NCBI GenBank assembly: GCA_032718475.1
Contig: JAUCBJ010006915.1
Span: 112,088-176,087 of the forward strand
Reading direction: 5' to 3'
Length of the DNA stretch: 64,000 bases
From: Nemertoderma westbladi
Taxonomy: Eukaryota > Animalia > Xenacoelomorpha
In this document: one piece after another, positions 24,420 through 38,249 of the stretch
Layout: every line of letters begins with the position of its first letter
Position numbering within the stretch: the stretch's first letter is position 1
Notes under the pieces: model-generated
The model's input: the letters and a program-made list of their open reading frames with translations, nothing else
What the model was told of the DNA's origin: nothing
Databases searched by the model: none
Translations under genes and position numbers: made by a program

Positions 24420-26890
24420 CCCTGCAAACAATGTATTGTTAAAAAGCTGTTACTAAAATGTTATTTAATGACATAGATAACATTATTTCAAATTGTTAGA
24501 TTAATGATAAAAAAACTGTAAATTGGCCAAGAAATATGACGTTATATACTAACGTTATTATTTCGTTTTTAATAACATTAAAATAACAAAGCCAGGATGG
24601 TTACATATATCATTACTTTTATGTTATTCCTTATCATTATTATTGTATTTTTAATGACATTAAAATAACAACGGCATAATGTTATTTAGATCGTTACTGT
24701 TATGTTATTTCTTAACATAAAAATATTGTTTGCTAAAAACGTAACATTAAATTTACGTGCAATTAAGCCCTTCTCTCATGTTTTATGGTTCGCTTGCTCT
24801 CAAACTAATAATCCCCCTCCATTGCCGTTCTTTATTATCGTTCTTTGTAATTGCCAAACCCTTTATTGAATAATTAATTAATAATTTCCCTACGCATGTT
24901 GATATGGTAGTGGCAGGCTACAATCTCTAACACAGTTTGATTGAATACAATTTTGTTGTAGGCAATTGTATGCAAATTAATAACAATTAAAACGTATAAC
25001 ATGAATTGAATATTTTGTATAATGACCAGTCAGAAACAAATAATGAAATAAGCAGCAAAATCAAAGTAAAATATCACAGAATAAGTAAACAACAAATATA
25101 TGGCTGTATGGCCCAATTACGTAAATGGTTTTGATATTTCGGTTAAAGTTAATCACAGACTTAAAAAGAATATGTTTATGACGTAATAATAAGTGATAAC
25201 AACATAATGAATTGCATCAATTAAAATACTTTGAGTTAATATTATTCACTAGATTTATAGATCTGATTTGTAGTCTATATAAAATAATGTAGATAGATAG
25301 ATATGTTTATTGACAATTTACATATGCGATACAAATAATATCAAATATAATACTGCACAAAACCTTTACGATAATTAGTTATTGACACAGTTATATAAAT
25401 TGTCCAGTAGATTTTTGAAACTGTCTATTTTGTCTTGAGAACTTTAGCGAATACTAAAATTATTTGAACGTAATTTAACACAAAAATAACAAACAAACCG
25501 ACATAATAAACCTGAATATCTAGTGAATGGTAATAACCTACGCTTAACATTACTGACTCTATATACCTACACATTTGTTCAATATTATCCATATTACCAT
25601 TGAAAAAGATACATATACATGTACATATAGTGGGTTTAATAAATAATACCTCACAACAATGTTAAATTTATTAAAAGGAGCAGGTTACAGTTGGCTACAG
25701 AGGCACATATACAGATTTATTTCTGGGAGAGTAATCAGTACTTATTTGAATCGATATCTCCCTGGAGAGGGATGATTTTGATTGCATCGCAAATCCTCCC
25801 TATCTGAACAAATCATATTTAAAAAATTAAATGTTAATTATAATTATAATTATAGCTGAGTGAGCTTCATTTATTAAACTGTAAAAATAAATCAATAGGC
25901 CTAGGCCCTACAAAAGTACAATCTAAAAACTGAAACAATAAATAGTTTGTAATAACAGTTAATGTGAAGTTTTCAAATCGAAATCGAATCGAAAGTTTTG
26001 TAGTAATGCTGTCCCTGTGCCCTGCCCCTTCAACTGAAAACTGGGACCTCCCAATAATAAGAATTCCAATCTGTAGTCCTCGGCTGTTGAAATCCACCAT
26101 CAGTACAGACAAATAAGTCAATCCTCCACCTGTCAGTGCTGGTTTAAGGGGACTTCCTGGTCCTGGCAGCCTTGAATTCTGTAATTGGTAGGTCTAATGA
26201 AGTAATGTGTGAATCCAGAGGGTAAAGGCGAACTCGCATTCAGGTAGATATGTTTTATTTATGAGTTTAGGTTAAATAAATCACAAAACCAAAACTATAA
26301 AACCAAAAATATGAGCTACTGTACACTGTACAGTGCAGTAGGCCTACAGTAACTACAATACAGCACTACAGTAATATAAAGATAGGCCTTGCAGTACAGC
26401 AGTATAACAATACATATACGCAATAAACATTGAATACAGGCATGCCAGAATGAGTATTGTACAACATACCATACTGTGTACTATTTTACATGTGGAAAAT
26501 TCCTCCATTACCGCCAATTTTAAAATTAGCCAATCATCAATCTCAGATTAGATAATAGAAGTGACAGCAGCGTCTATCGCATAATGTTTATTTTATGTGA
26601 CAAAATAACATTGTTCTGATATGTAACAAACCATGTTCTTAAAATGTTAGAACTAAACACTTATAAAACATTTTTGACTAATGTTTATGTTCTCACATTA
26701 AAATTACGTTTTTCTAACATCAACAGTTATCATTTATTTAATGTCTGACAAAGACATTATAGAGTAATGTTAAAATAACATATATTGAACATCTAAATAT
26801 TCTATCAAACAAGGGAATGACATTTATCAACATTTATAACAAATTAATGATGTTTTTCTGACATTCCTCGAAAGTAAATTGTTTGCAGGG
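24420..26890. mobile_element. CACTA/EnSpm-like non-autonomous element
   Basis: Termini CCCTGCAAACAAT / ATTGTTTGCAGGG flanked by TT; an empty-site paralogue (ATAATGATGTCCATTTGTATATCATATACG) is present at about 27368-27398. Confidence 0.8.
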
Positions 26891-29803
26891 TTGTATATCA
26901 TATACGTGTAAAATAGCGTGGTTGATAGATGAGCCTCTGCATTTATACGGGCTTGGCACCGTTTTTTGTGTTCTTCATGAATGTAAAACACAAAAAGCTG
27001 CATTACTGTAATTATTATTTCATATAATCGTATAATTGTTTCCCCGTTTAACATATGTTGTGGCGATTGTGTCCCCCTTTGTGGCAACTATAACCTCCGT
27101 AGTGGCGATTGTGTCCCCCTTTGTGGCAACTATAACCTCCGTAGTGGCGATTGTTTCTTCCGTTGGGGCAACTATAACATCTGTTGTGGCGATTGTTTCC
27201 AGAGGGCGGCAACTTTAACTACAACACCCAACAATAAATACTTTTTATTTCAATAACTAAGTATACAGTACTTTAAATAGGGGGGTCTTTCGATACAAAC
27301 GATATTTACAGAAATAACAACTGATTACTTCCAAAACTAATACCTTAACAATGTACTACAAATGGACATAATGATGTCCATTTGTATATCATATACGTGT
27401 AAAATAGCGTGGTTGATAGATGAGCCTCTGCATTTATACGGGCTTGGCACCGTTTTTTGTGTTCTTCATGAATGTAAAACACAAAAAGCTGCATTACTGT
27501 AATTATTTTTCGTATAATCGTATAATTGTTTCCCCGTTGTGGCAACTATAACATCTGTTGATATAACTCCGTATTCCACCGTTTGGGTTCGTTTGGGTAC
27601 CGTTTGGGTTTTTAGTCCTACCCGTGATTAGACACTTGAGTTCTGTATATTGTGGTAATTAGACGTTAGTGAAGTTTTGCGGTAATTAGACACTGAATAT
27701 TAATAACTACCGTACTGTATATTGTGGTAATTAGACACTCTTGCATTCTGTATATTGTGGTAATTAGATGCAGTGTGGTCTTGTGGTAAATAGACACTGC
27801 GTTCTGTATATTGTGGTAATTAGACGCAGTATAGTGTTGTGGTAATTAGAGACTTGCGTTCTGTATATTGTGGTAATTAGATGCCATTGTAAAATAATAT
27901 TGTGGTAATTAGATGCAGTGTAGTCTTGTGGTAATTAGACGCAGTATAGTCTTGTGGTAATTAGACACTTGCGTTCCGTATATTGTGGTAATTAGATGCC
28001 ATTGTAAAATAATATTGTGGTAATTAGATGCAGTGTAGTCTTGTGGTAATTAGACGCAGTCTAGTCTTGTGGTAATTAGACACTTGCGTTCTGTATATTG
28101 TGGTAATTAGATGCCATTGTAAAATAATATTGTGGTAATTAGATGCAGTGTGCAGTGTAGTCTTGTTCGTAAATAGATTGTGGTAATTAGACGCAGTATA
28201 GTCTTGTGGTAATTAGACGCAGTATAGTCTTGTGGTAATTAGACACTTGCGTTCCGTATATTGTGGTAATTAGATGCCATTGTAAAATAATATTGTGGTA
28301 ATTAGATGCAGTGTAGTCTTGTGGTAATTAGACGCAGTATAGTCTTGTGGTAATTAGACACTTGCGTTCTGTATATTGTGGTAATTAGATGCCATTGTAA
28401 AATAATATTGTGGTAATTAGATGCAGTGTGCAGTGTAGTCTTGTTCGTAAATAGATTGTGGTAATTAGACGCAGTATACCGTATAGTCTTGTGGTAATTA
28501 GACACTTGCGTTCTGTATATTGTGGTAATTAGATGCCATTGTAAAATAATATTGTGGTAATTAGATGCAGTGTGCAGTGTAGTCTTGTTCGTAAATAGAT
28601 TGTGGTAATTAGACGCAGTATACCTGTATAGTCTTGTGGTAATTAGACACTTGCGTTCTGTATATTGTGGTAATTAGATGCCATTGTAAAATAATATTGT
28701 GGTAATTAGATGCAGTGTGCAGTGTAGTCTTGTTCGTAAATAGATTGTGGTAATTAGACGCAGTATACCTGTATAGTCTTGTGGTAATTAGACACTTGCG
28801 TTCTGTATATTGTGGTAATTAGATGCCATTGTAAAATAATATTGTGGTAATTAGATGCAGTGTGCAGTGTAGTCTTGTGGTAAATAGACACTTGAGTTCT
28901 GTACATTGTGGTAATTAGACACTTGAGTTCTGTATATTGTGGTAATTAGATGCCATTGTAAAATAACATTGTGGTAATTAGATGCCTGTATCGAATTGTT
29001 GGGGTAGATTGTGGTAGATTGTGGTAGTTTGTGGTAGGTTGGGGTAATTAGTAGGACCGATTAAAAAGTCATTTAATTACTTCAATATTTTCTACTACCA
29101 CACATGTTATGAAAGTTTGTGCGGCTAAAATACTAAAGTATATTTATTGCCTCTTAAATAATTAAATATAAGATAATTATTTTATTGCGCAGAACACCAT
29201 CTCCATACCGAAACCTAACTAACCAAAACAATAAACGATATCATTACAAATTAATGGAAAGGAGTGCCACACACGTCGCGTCTCTCCTCCACATCTTTGG
29301 AACGATACGGGTTACCACCAGCTGACGGCTGCGACCCTTCCATTAACTAAATAATTAGATAAGTAGACATAGACGGGTTTAGACAAAGTTGTTGTTAGGA
29401 ATGTTTTTTTTGAACGATTTAAAGCTGGCATTTATAAACGTGTCCAGATTGGGCTCTACTGCTTGCGTGGAGCCATTTACAAGTCCGAAAAATTGGCCTC
29501 AGCAAATTAAATATTTTGCCCCCCCCCCCCCCCCCCCCCCCAAGCATAATCCTACAACCGCCCCTGTCGGTAGAGGACAATCTAGGACATGAGACACATA
29601 GTAAAGTTAATTGTTAAAGATGTCCCAACATTATTTTAGCTTTGTATTGTATCTATTTGTGTGCAATTAAAAGGTCATGGTACAATCAAATCAATCCCAT
29701 CAAATCAAATCCATTCGTATTTTGAGTTTTTTCGAATTTGTTTAACAAATACAGGTTTAAATTTCAACTTTAAATTGCAAAAAACATATTAATAGCGGTA
29801 CCC

Positions 29804-30799
29804 TATGGGGCGCCGTTTGGGCCAAAAATAAAAAAAACATATTATATTAAAAAGTTATAATGGTATGTTTTTTTATCTTGCCGTTTGGGCCAAAAGTTGT
29901 AATGGTATGTTTTTTTATCTTGCCGTTTGGGCCAAAAGTTGTAATGGTATGTTTTTTTATCTTGCCGTTTGGGCCAAAAATAGCTGAGAGGGAAATTTGA
30001 ATTATCACTTTCTATATACTGTATTTATAGCAATTGCAATTATCATCATACCTGTGAGCCTGTCTGCCTATACATGATTGTGGATTGTATTTACACACGG
30101 CAGCACGGTACCGTATCGCTGGAGGAGTGGACTTTAGGCTTACCTCCCGCTGTATGGGCCTTGGCCTACCGGTACTCATATACTGTCACTGCGTAATGCT
30201 GTAATGTAGCGTTAGGCTGTTAGGTACAAATGACATTCTGACATTAATGCCTCAGTATTGCAGTATTGTGGACCACAAGATGTAGGCCTATCACAAGCAC
30301 AATGTGTAATGCTACAGGGCCTAAAGTATACTGATTTGTACCTAACAGCCTAACGCATTACAGCATTACCCAGTGACAGTATATGAGTACTGGTAGGCCA
30401 AGGCCCATACAGCCATACAGCGGGAGGTAAGCCTAAAGTCCACTCCTACAGCGATACGGTACACCGTGTGTAAATACAATCCACAATCATGTATAGGCAG
30501 ACAGGCTCACAGGTATGATGATAATTGCAATTGCTAAATACAGTATATAGAAAGTGATAATTCAAATTTCCCTCTCAGCTATTTTTGGCCCAAACGGCAA
30601 GATAAAAAAACATACCATTACAACTTTTGGCCCAAACGGCAAGATAAAAAAACATACCATTACAACTTTTGGCCCAAACGGCAAGATAAAAAAACATACC
30701 ATTACAACTTTTGGCCCAAACGGCAAGATAAAAAACATACCATTATAACTTTTTAATATAATATGTTTTTTTTATTTTTGGCCCAAACGGCGCCCCATA
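29804..30799. mobile_element. About 1-kb near-perfect palindromic (foldback) MITE
   Basis: Arms of about 430 bp (TATGGGGCGCCGTTTGGGCC... / ...GGCCCAAACGGCGCCCCATA) with internal tandem repeats of about 41 bp; flanked by GTACCC on both sides. Confidence 0.88.
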
Positions 30800-31413
30800 G
30801 TACCCTGCTAACCAGACACGCTACACGCTATTATACCAAACGTTTGTTTATATGCTTGAATCATGTTGACATGTTTTTTTTCTAAACTTGTTTTAATCAA
30901 CATGTTATTTTAACATCTAAATAACATAATATCCAATCATGTTATAATCAAACATTTGTTGATCACGTTTTAATAATACCTAAATGTAACATGTTTTATC
31001 ATGTAATTATTTAACATTTGTTTTACATGTTATTGTGTAACATAAATCATACATGTTTATTCCAGCTGTTTGTTAAATGCTACTTTGTCGTGTTGAACAA
31101 ACGTCCTGCACATCATTGCCAATATGTCTTAAGGCTGTTTGAATAAACCGCCTAAAATTTACCGCCAAATTCGTTTATAGGCCTATAAATCATGCAGCAG
31201 TGCATGCAGTACTGCAGTACATCAGTCAGTCAGTAGACACTCCACTGCCTGCCCACAAGTCCCTAAAAGGTGCCACCCTGCTCCATAGCGCGGGAAATTC
31301 AAATGATTGAAAGACATGTAATTTGTACTGGAAAGGGTGGCAGATCATATCTGCTACCTATATTTTGGCGGTAAATTCAAATCTGTTTTAACGTTGAATA
31401 CATGAATAGAGTA

Positions 31414-32638
31414 GGCAGTGATTTTTTATGTCCTTTTATTTGACTTTTTTTGTCCTTTTTTTTACGAATTATGCATAATGACTTTTGTTGTCCTTTTAAT
31501 GACTTTTTATGTATGTATTTCTTCAAACTGTCAGACTGCTGATTTCTGGACTGTCAGACAGTTAGATTTCACTATGCCTGTGCCAAAACATTCCATGATT
31601 TATAGACTATGAGATAGATTTCCATATGCGCCTGTGGTAAAAAGACTCTATATTTAATAGTTTGTGGTTGTTGTCGATAATCGATTACCACATGACGTAT
31701 CAAAACACTAATTTTATAGCCAAAAACAATTACCAATTGATGGAAAGGAGCAGGTTAAGGCCGAGTTTTCTAACCAAAACAATAAACAGTCACTTTACCA
31801 AATCAGGGAAAGGAGCAGGTTACAGAGACGAGATTTTCTAACTAAAACAATAAACGATCACTTAACTAATTGAGGGAAAGGAGCAGGTTACAGAGGCGGG
31901 ATTTTCTAACCAAAACAATAAACGATCACTTAACTTATTGAGGGAAAGGAGCAGGTTACAGAGGCGGGATTTTCTAACCAAGACAATAAACGATCATTTA
32001 ACTAATTGAGGGAAAGGGGCAGGTTACAGAGGCGGGCCTTTCTAACCAAAACTATAAACGGTCACTTTACCAATTCAGGGAAAGGAGCAGGTTACAGAGG
32101 CGGGATTTTCTAACCAAAACAATAAACGATCATTTAACTAATTGAGGGAAAGGGGCAGGTTACAGAAGCGGGATTTTCTAACCAAAACAATAAACGATCA
32201 TTTAACTAATTGAGGGAAAGGAGCAGGTTACAGAGACGATAAAACTAATACAGTAATAGCAGGCCTAAATTATGTGAAAGGTATATCCACATTTTCCACA
32301 ATCCTACAATCCAGTTTGGCCTATCAATTATTTAAAATTTATTAGCACAACCGGTAGGCCTACCATTACCATATTTAAATGGTAGGCTACACAGTAGGCC
32401 TATAGCAGTACCGGTGCCGGTACCGGTACTAAAATACAGAAATACCTGCTTTATACCTACATCTGTACATACAATAGAGCAAAATAGTGCTATATATACT
32501 AATACCGGTACTGATAGCCTGAGAGAACAGCAGTAGAGAAACCGGTAGCATGGAACCTAACATTAGACTTTTGGAGGACATAAAAAATCAAAAAAAAGGA
32601 CAAAAAAAGGATTTAAACGGACAATAAAAATTATTGCG
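31414..32638. mobile_element. MULE-like MITE containing a 68-bp tandem array
   Basis: Imperfect TIR GGCAGTGATTTTTTATGTCC / GGACAATAAAAATTATTGCG; 9-bp TSD AATAGAGTA. Confidence 0.65.
31740..32240. repeat. 68-bp tandem repeat, about 7.5 copies
   Basis: Unit GGGAAAGGAGCAGGTTACAGAGGCGGGATTTTCTAACCAAAACAATAAACGATCACTTAACTAATTGA. Confidence 0.92.
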
Positions 32639-34922
32639 AATAGAGTAAGTTGTAAGAAATGTAATTCATTGAATCAGAATAAATTATTTCTTATCGGTAA
32701 CTCACTCATCCGTTATTGTTGTTGTTTTATCTATTCTGGGACTTCGAGCAGCACGTGAACAACTAAATCAACACGTTAACTAGTCTGGGGCTTCGAGCAG
32801 CACGTGAACAACTAAGCTGACTTGTTCACTAGTCTGGGACTTCGAGCAAAATTGCAAATTGAGGAGGGGGGGGGGGATCGGGGGATTTGGCTTAACTTCT
32901 ATCAGTAAAATGTAAAGAACATTTATTATTTGCTTGTATCAGTTATAATTACATCAGAACATTATAATTATAACAATATAGCAGGGAACTATAGTAAAAT
33001 ATATCGCAGGTAAGCCTACTGTAATAACAATAGGTGTATAACAGTATAATGCTTCTGCCTATACTGCTATATCTGTCCCAGACATGTACGGTACCAGACT
33101 AGTTAAACAGTCAGCGTAGTTGTTTACGTGCTGCTCGAAGTCCCAGACTTGTTAACCAGCCAGTTTAGTTGTTCACGTGCTGCTCGAAGCCCCAGACTAG
33201 TTAACGTGCTGGTTTAGTTGTTCACGTGCTGCTCGAAGTCCCACAATAGATAAATCAACAACATTACCGGATGAGTGAGTTAAACCGATAATAAATAATT
33301 TATTCTGATTCAATGAATTACATTGGCAGATTGGTCTTGCTCTATTAATGTATTCAATGTTAAAACAGATTTTAATTTACCGCCAATATATAGGTGGCAG
33401 ATCTGATCTGCCACCCTTTCCAGTACAAATAACATGTCTTTCAATCATTTGAATTTCCCGCGCTATGGAGCAGGGTGGCACCTTTTAGGGACTTGTCTGC
33501 CTGCCCCAGCCTACCAGCACCCTCTCCATGCACTCCAGCCACATTCTGAGAGCTTGACAGTAGTGCTGCAGTGTGTAGGCCAGCTGTTTACTGGTTTAAG
33601 TGCTGCAATAGGGTTGACCATACTGCCATATGTTTGTTTACTGCCGTATGCCTATATTAACTGTTTAAGTTATTTTTAATTAAGCTTCATACTGTCTGAC
33701 TGTCATATAAAATGATAAATCTTTTTATATTATACATTATATGTTATATAGGCCTACATAACATATATAATACATAATATATGTCATATACATTATATAT
33801 TATTTATGTACATTATATAGGCCTAGCAGCCTAGCCTAATTGTATTGTAATACCAGAATACAGTAATATGTCTGTATGTAATGCAGTCAGGCAGTGCAGT
33901 GCCAGTAATTCGATGACGACGACAGTTTAGATTGGGCTCTGTCTTCCTGGCGCTGGTTGGTCGAAACAACAGGCAAGCGGCAAGGGCTGCACTGGCAGAC
34001 TGGAAAAATATTATGGCCTCCTCGAAATGCCGGCCTACTGTTACCGGTACGTTGGAAAGAATTTTCGAATCCAGATCTTCTGTCAACTGTCAAGTTGGCC
34101 CACATTTAATGCGAAGGTTCTTCACTTAACAGGTTTGTATTGAACTTGAATAGGCTTCTTACACATCGTTATTTCAGTGATTCAAGTGATTAAAATCCTA
34201 ATCCTGTAATCTATTTGGATCAAATAGAGGGAAAAAGCGCCGGCGGCCGGAAGTAAATTACACATGCGGTCCCAGGCAGCCAGCTAAAGATACGCATCAG
34301 ATTCTGGCGATGAGGTTATTATTTTACTTACTACTAGGCCTTGCTGTTAGGTTTGGCCCACTTGGTACTTTGGGCCGTTTATAAATCGTCAGAGCGTGCA
34401 TATGTATACTGTAATTTAAAATAAAACATGCCTTACTCTGGCTATCTATGGTAGGTAAGTAAATGTTTGCTTTATTTTTTACTCATTTCCTCTTTATAAA
34501 CCAGTCCCCAGTGCAGTGGCAATGTGAAACAGTCTGTGATGGGTTGTGGTGACTTGTGCACGTTGATCTAATTGCTCCAATGCTACATATGTATATATAT
34601 TATTATCATTTTAGGTGGAATATATGAGCGACAATGAATCCAATCATGTTTCCAATACGATACTCACACTGATTACCCAGACAACTAACAATACGTTGAT
34701 CATTGATACTCAGAGGTGAAGCCTCTCCCTCTATCTACAACCTAACCCTATTCTAAGACAACACTAAACTCTAGACTTACCTAACCAAACCCTTTCACTA
34801 AGCTACCACTATATATCCCATGGCGATATTTTCTCGAAATATTTTTCCAGTCTCGATGTTTTATATATCGAGACGCTTTTTTATACTTTTGGAAGCAGAG
34901 ACAGAAGTTGGGCGAGACAGAA

Positions 34923-36045
34923 GTCACAGCCACTCAATGCAATGTCACAACCACTCAATGCTATGTCACAGCCGCTCAATGCTATGTCACAGCCGCTCAA
35001 TGCTATGTCACAGCCACTCAAAGCTATGTCACAGACACTCAACGCTATGTCACAGCCACTCAACGCTATCTCACAGGCGCTCAATGCCATGTCACAGCCA
35101 CTCAACGCTATGTCACAACCACGCAATGCTATGCCACAGCCACCCAACGCTATGTCACAGCCACTCAACGCTATGTCACAGACACTCAACGCTATGTCAC
35201 AGCCACTCAACGTATTGTCACAGCCACCCAACGCTTTGTCACAACAACCACTCAACCGCTATGCCACACTGCCACAGCCACCCAACGCTATGTCACATCA
35301 CAACCACCCAACGCTATGTCACAGCCGCCCAATGCTATGTCACATCCACTCAATGCTTTGTCACAGCCACTCAAAGCTATGTCACAGCCACTCAACGCTA
35401 TGTCACAGCCACTCAACGCTATGTCACAGCCAATCAACGCTAGCCACCCAACGTTATGTCACAGCCAATCAACGCTATGTCACAGCCACTCAATGCTATG
35501 CCACAGTCACCCAACGCTATGTCACAGCCGCCCAATGCTATGTCACAGCCGCTCAACGCTATGCCACAGCCACCCAACGCTATGTCACATCACAACCACC
35601 CAACGCTATGTCACAGCTGCTCAATGCTATGTCACAGCCGCTCAATGCTATGTCACAGCCACTCAAAGCTATGTCACAGCCACTCAACGCTATGTCACAG
35701 CCAATCAACGCTATGTCACAGCCACTCAATGCTATGCCACAGCCACCCAACGCTATGTCACAGCCGCTCAATGCTATGTCACAGCCGATCAATGCGTCAC
35801 AGCCGCTCAATGCTTTGTCACAGCCACTCAAAGCTATGTCACAGCCACTCAACGCTATGTCACAGTTACTCAACGCTATGTCACAGCCACTCAACGCTAT
35901 GCCACAGCCACTCAATTCTATGCCACAGCCACCCAACGCTATGTCACAGTCACCCAACGCTGGCCACCCATCGCTGGCCACCCAACGCTGTGTCACAGTC
36001 ACCCAACGCTGGCCACAGCTATGTCACAGCGACAGCCACTCAACA
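34923..36045. repeat. 21-bp minisatellite, about 50 copies
   Basis: Unit GTCACAGCCACTCAACGCTAT with point variants. Confidence 0.92.
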
Positions 36046-38249
36046 ATTCCCCATTTATTTTTATTTAGGTTTACATCTTGTAGATACCGGTAATGAATGA
36101 CACGAATAGCCAACGAAGATATTAAACTGGACGCAATAAAACTGCATCCCTCTCCAGGGGAAATTCGACGCAAATAACAGATGATTTCTCTCAAAAATAA
36201 AACTGTAACCTAATCTATTGTGTTTAGTTAATTGTTTTGGTTAAAATAATGTGCCACTGTAACCTGCTCCTTTCCCTAAATTGAGAATTTAACATTGAGG
36301 CGGGATATTAATTCGCCAAGATGAGATTTGCGTCCAGTTTCCCCCTTGTCTCCAATTTTGGAACATTGAAGTGAACAGGGAAATTTTTGAAACTATTTAT
36401 TATATTTCAATATTGGATAATAATTTCCTTTGTGCTCTGATGGATAGCCCATAAAATTTTAGGAAAAGTCACAGAATCTCGGTTTTCACAACATATCTGT
36501 TTCAAAGATACAGATTAATTTCAAAAAAATTTAAATGACCCTCACCCACCCCCCCCCCCCCCCCCCCCAGGCCAAATAGCGTTTAACAAGGCTGCGGTTG
36601 GTCTATATTATTACAGTTCAAATGGAATTTTGTTTCATTTTTGTATATACCGTACAATTTTACTTAAAGTTTGTGCAATGCAGTTCATTTTTTTAATGGT
36701 TGTTGTTGTTATTGTGAACAATAACACTAGTTTTAGGTGGTTAAGTTGTGCTGTACTGGCTACTACTACCTTGTGCTTAATAATATTCATGTTTTACACA
36801 TAAATTATCTTCTTAATTCGAACAATTGCATACCATGAGAACAATCCGGTGGTCGAATCAATGGATGACCAAATTAGTTTAGAGAATAACGATTTACAAC
36901 GTTTAAAACAAACGTTTTCTTTGCATTAAAAAAACGTATATTTCCAAGCAATTTCGAAAGAACCGACGCATGATTCACGTTAGTTACACATGCTAGACAC
37001 ACGTTTAATTCAAACGTCATAAAGAACCGGCGATTGAGTAACGTTTGTTTCATGCTATTTACACGTTTACTTCTAAACGTTTATTACATGCCACCCGCTT
37101 GGACAAAATAACATGAAAATAATCTATTTCTGGACGTGTTGCAAACGTTTTTTCAAACGTTTGCCATGTTCAATAAAAATGTGATATAAACGTTAAAATA
37201 ACATGAAATTGTTATCAGGGTATCTATCTAAGGTAACAACCCGCCCATCCTGTTCGGGGGGGGGGGGGGGGGGGGGGGGGGGGTGGTTGGGTTAATTAAC
37301 ATAGTCCTGTGGTCGGTTAGTTATAATAAATATAAAAAAAATTATTTAAATGATAAAGGTCCGCTTTTCAAAAATGTGACCAGACAGCCAGAGGTGCTAA
37401 ATTTATTGATAGGCCTACCAAATTATTAAAAGCTGTTACACAGTGTCAAGTGGATAAGACTGTAAGTGAAGATATATCATAAAAACATTAGGCCTACACG
37501 TAATCCAGTATGAGTAATCTGTCAGTATGTAGCTTTGTCAGGAATAAATTATAGTTATAGTATAGTCTATAGGGTGGCGTGGCCTTAACCACACACTTCT
37601 GTTCTCATCATTACATGTCAATTTTGACATGTATGTCAATTTTAACATGAGAAAAACTTTAAGTATTTATATTAACTAAACGGCACAGTGAAAAAAATTT
37701 CCGCACGGTCAAAAGTTTCTAATTTAGTTATAATTTCGATTTTTATATTTAAAAAACACGTCTGGAAATATTTGAACACGTCAGGTAAAAAAATGTCAAT
37801 ATTGACATGTCCATGTCAATTTTGACATGCCCCATCCTGGAGAAATTAGCTTTACATGTCAATATTGACAAAGTGCCCGACTGCTATACAGCACATCTCT
37901 ATTTGAAATTATTCCATATGTTTAAAAAGATTGAAAATTTTCCGCTCGCTTCGCTCGCGTTTATACTGTAAGCCTACTTTTAGCACTGCCTGGCTGTGGA
38001 GTGTGGACAAACGGACAGATTGAGCATGACCATTATAAACAGTGAACAGCAGTGAACTGGTGAACAGTGTTCACTGCTGTCAGGCCGTACTTTGCTCTAC
38101 TTGCAGACTTGCATACTGTACACAGCTGTAGCAGGTAGCCTAGGCCTACAGCACAACAGCAGTACAGGCTACAGCTTTCTAATTAAGTTAAGGTTGTTAA
38201 GGTGCTCATTTACTAACTACTGAACTCACCCCTACCCTCGATAAAATCG

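Larger units (their letters stand above)
20910..29059. mobile_element. Foldback-type (Mutator-related) element with kilobase modular inverted arms
   Basis: Termini GGTCCTACTAATTACCCCAACCTACCACAA / TTGTGGTAGGTTGGGGTAATTAGTAGGACC; arms about 20910-22880 and 27625-29059 built of TCTAATTACCACAA-cored repeats in opposite orientation; 9-bp TSD ATTAAAAAG. Confidence 0.9.
20159..29566. mobile_element. hAT-type MITE expanded by nested insertions
   Basis: TIR CAGTGGCGGTTCTAGG / CCTACAACCGCCCCTG; 8-bp TSD TCGGTAGA (20151-20158, 29567-29574). Confidence 0.8.
31255..33496. mobile_element. MULE-like element with long TIRs
   Basis: TIR ACAAGTCCCTAAAAGGTGCCACCCTGCTCCATAGCGCGGG... (31255-31413 plus 32660-32850 vs 33120-33496); 10-bp TSD CTGCCTGCCC. 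Confidence 0.85.
30803..37220. mobile_element. CACTA/EnSpm-like non-autonomous element
   Basis: Termini CCCTGCTAAC / GTTATCAGGG flanked by TA; ACATGT/AACGTT-rich subterminal regions; the original left end is probably 29801, before the palindromic MITE inserted. Confidence 0.6.
17473..37883. mobile_element. Putative TIR element enclosing a 20-kb nest
   Basis: 29-bp perfect inverted repeat CAGTCGGGCACTTTGTCAATATTGACATG / CATGTCAATATTGACAAAGTGCCCGACTG with ATGTCAATATTGACAT subterminal palindromes at both ends; CTATACAGC flanks both sides but is 4 bp away from the left TIR. Confidence 0.6.

Noticed and set aside
34820-36100. ORFs of up to about 385 aa in three frames
   Set aside because: Translation of a 21-bp minisatellite; no non-repetitive coding context.
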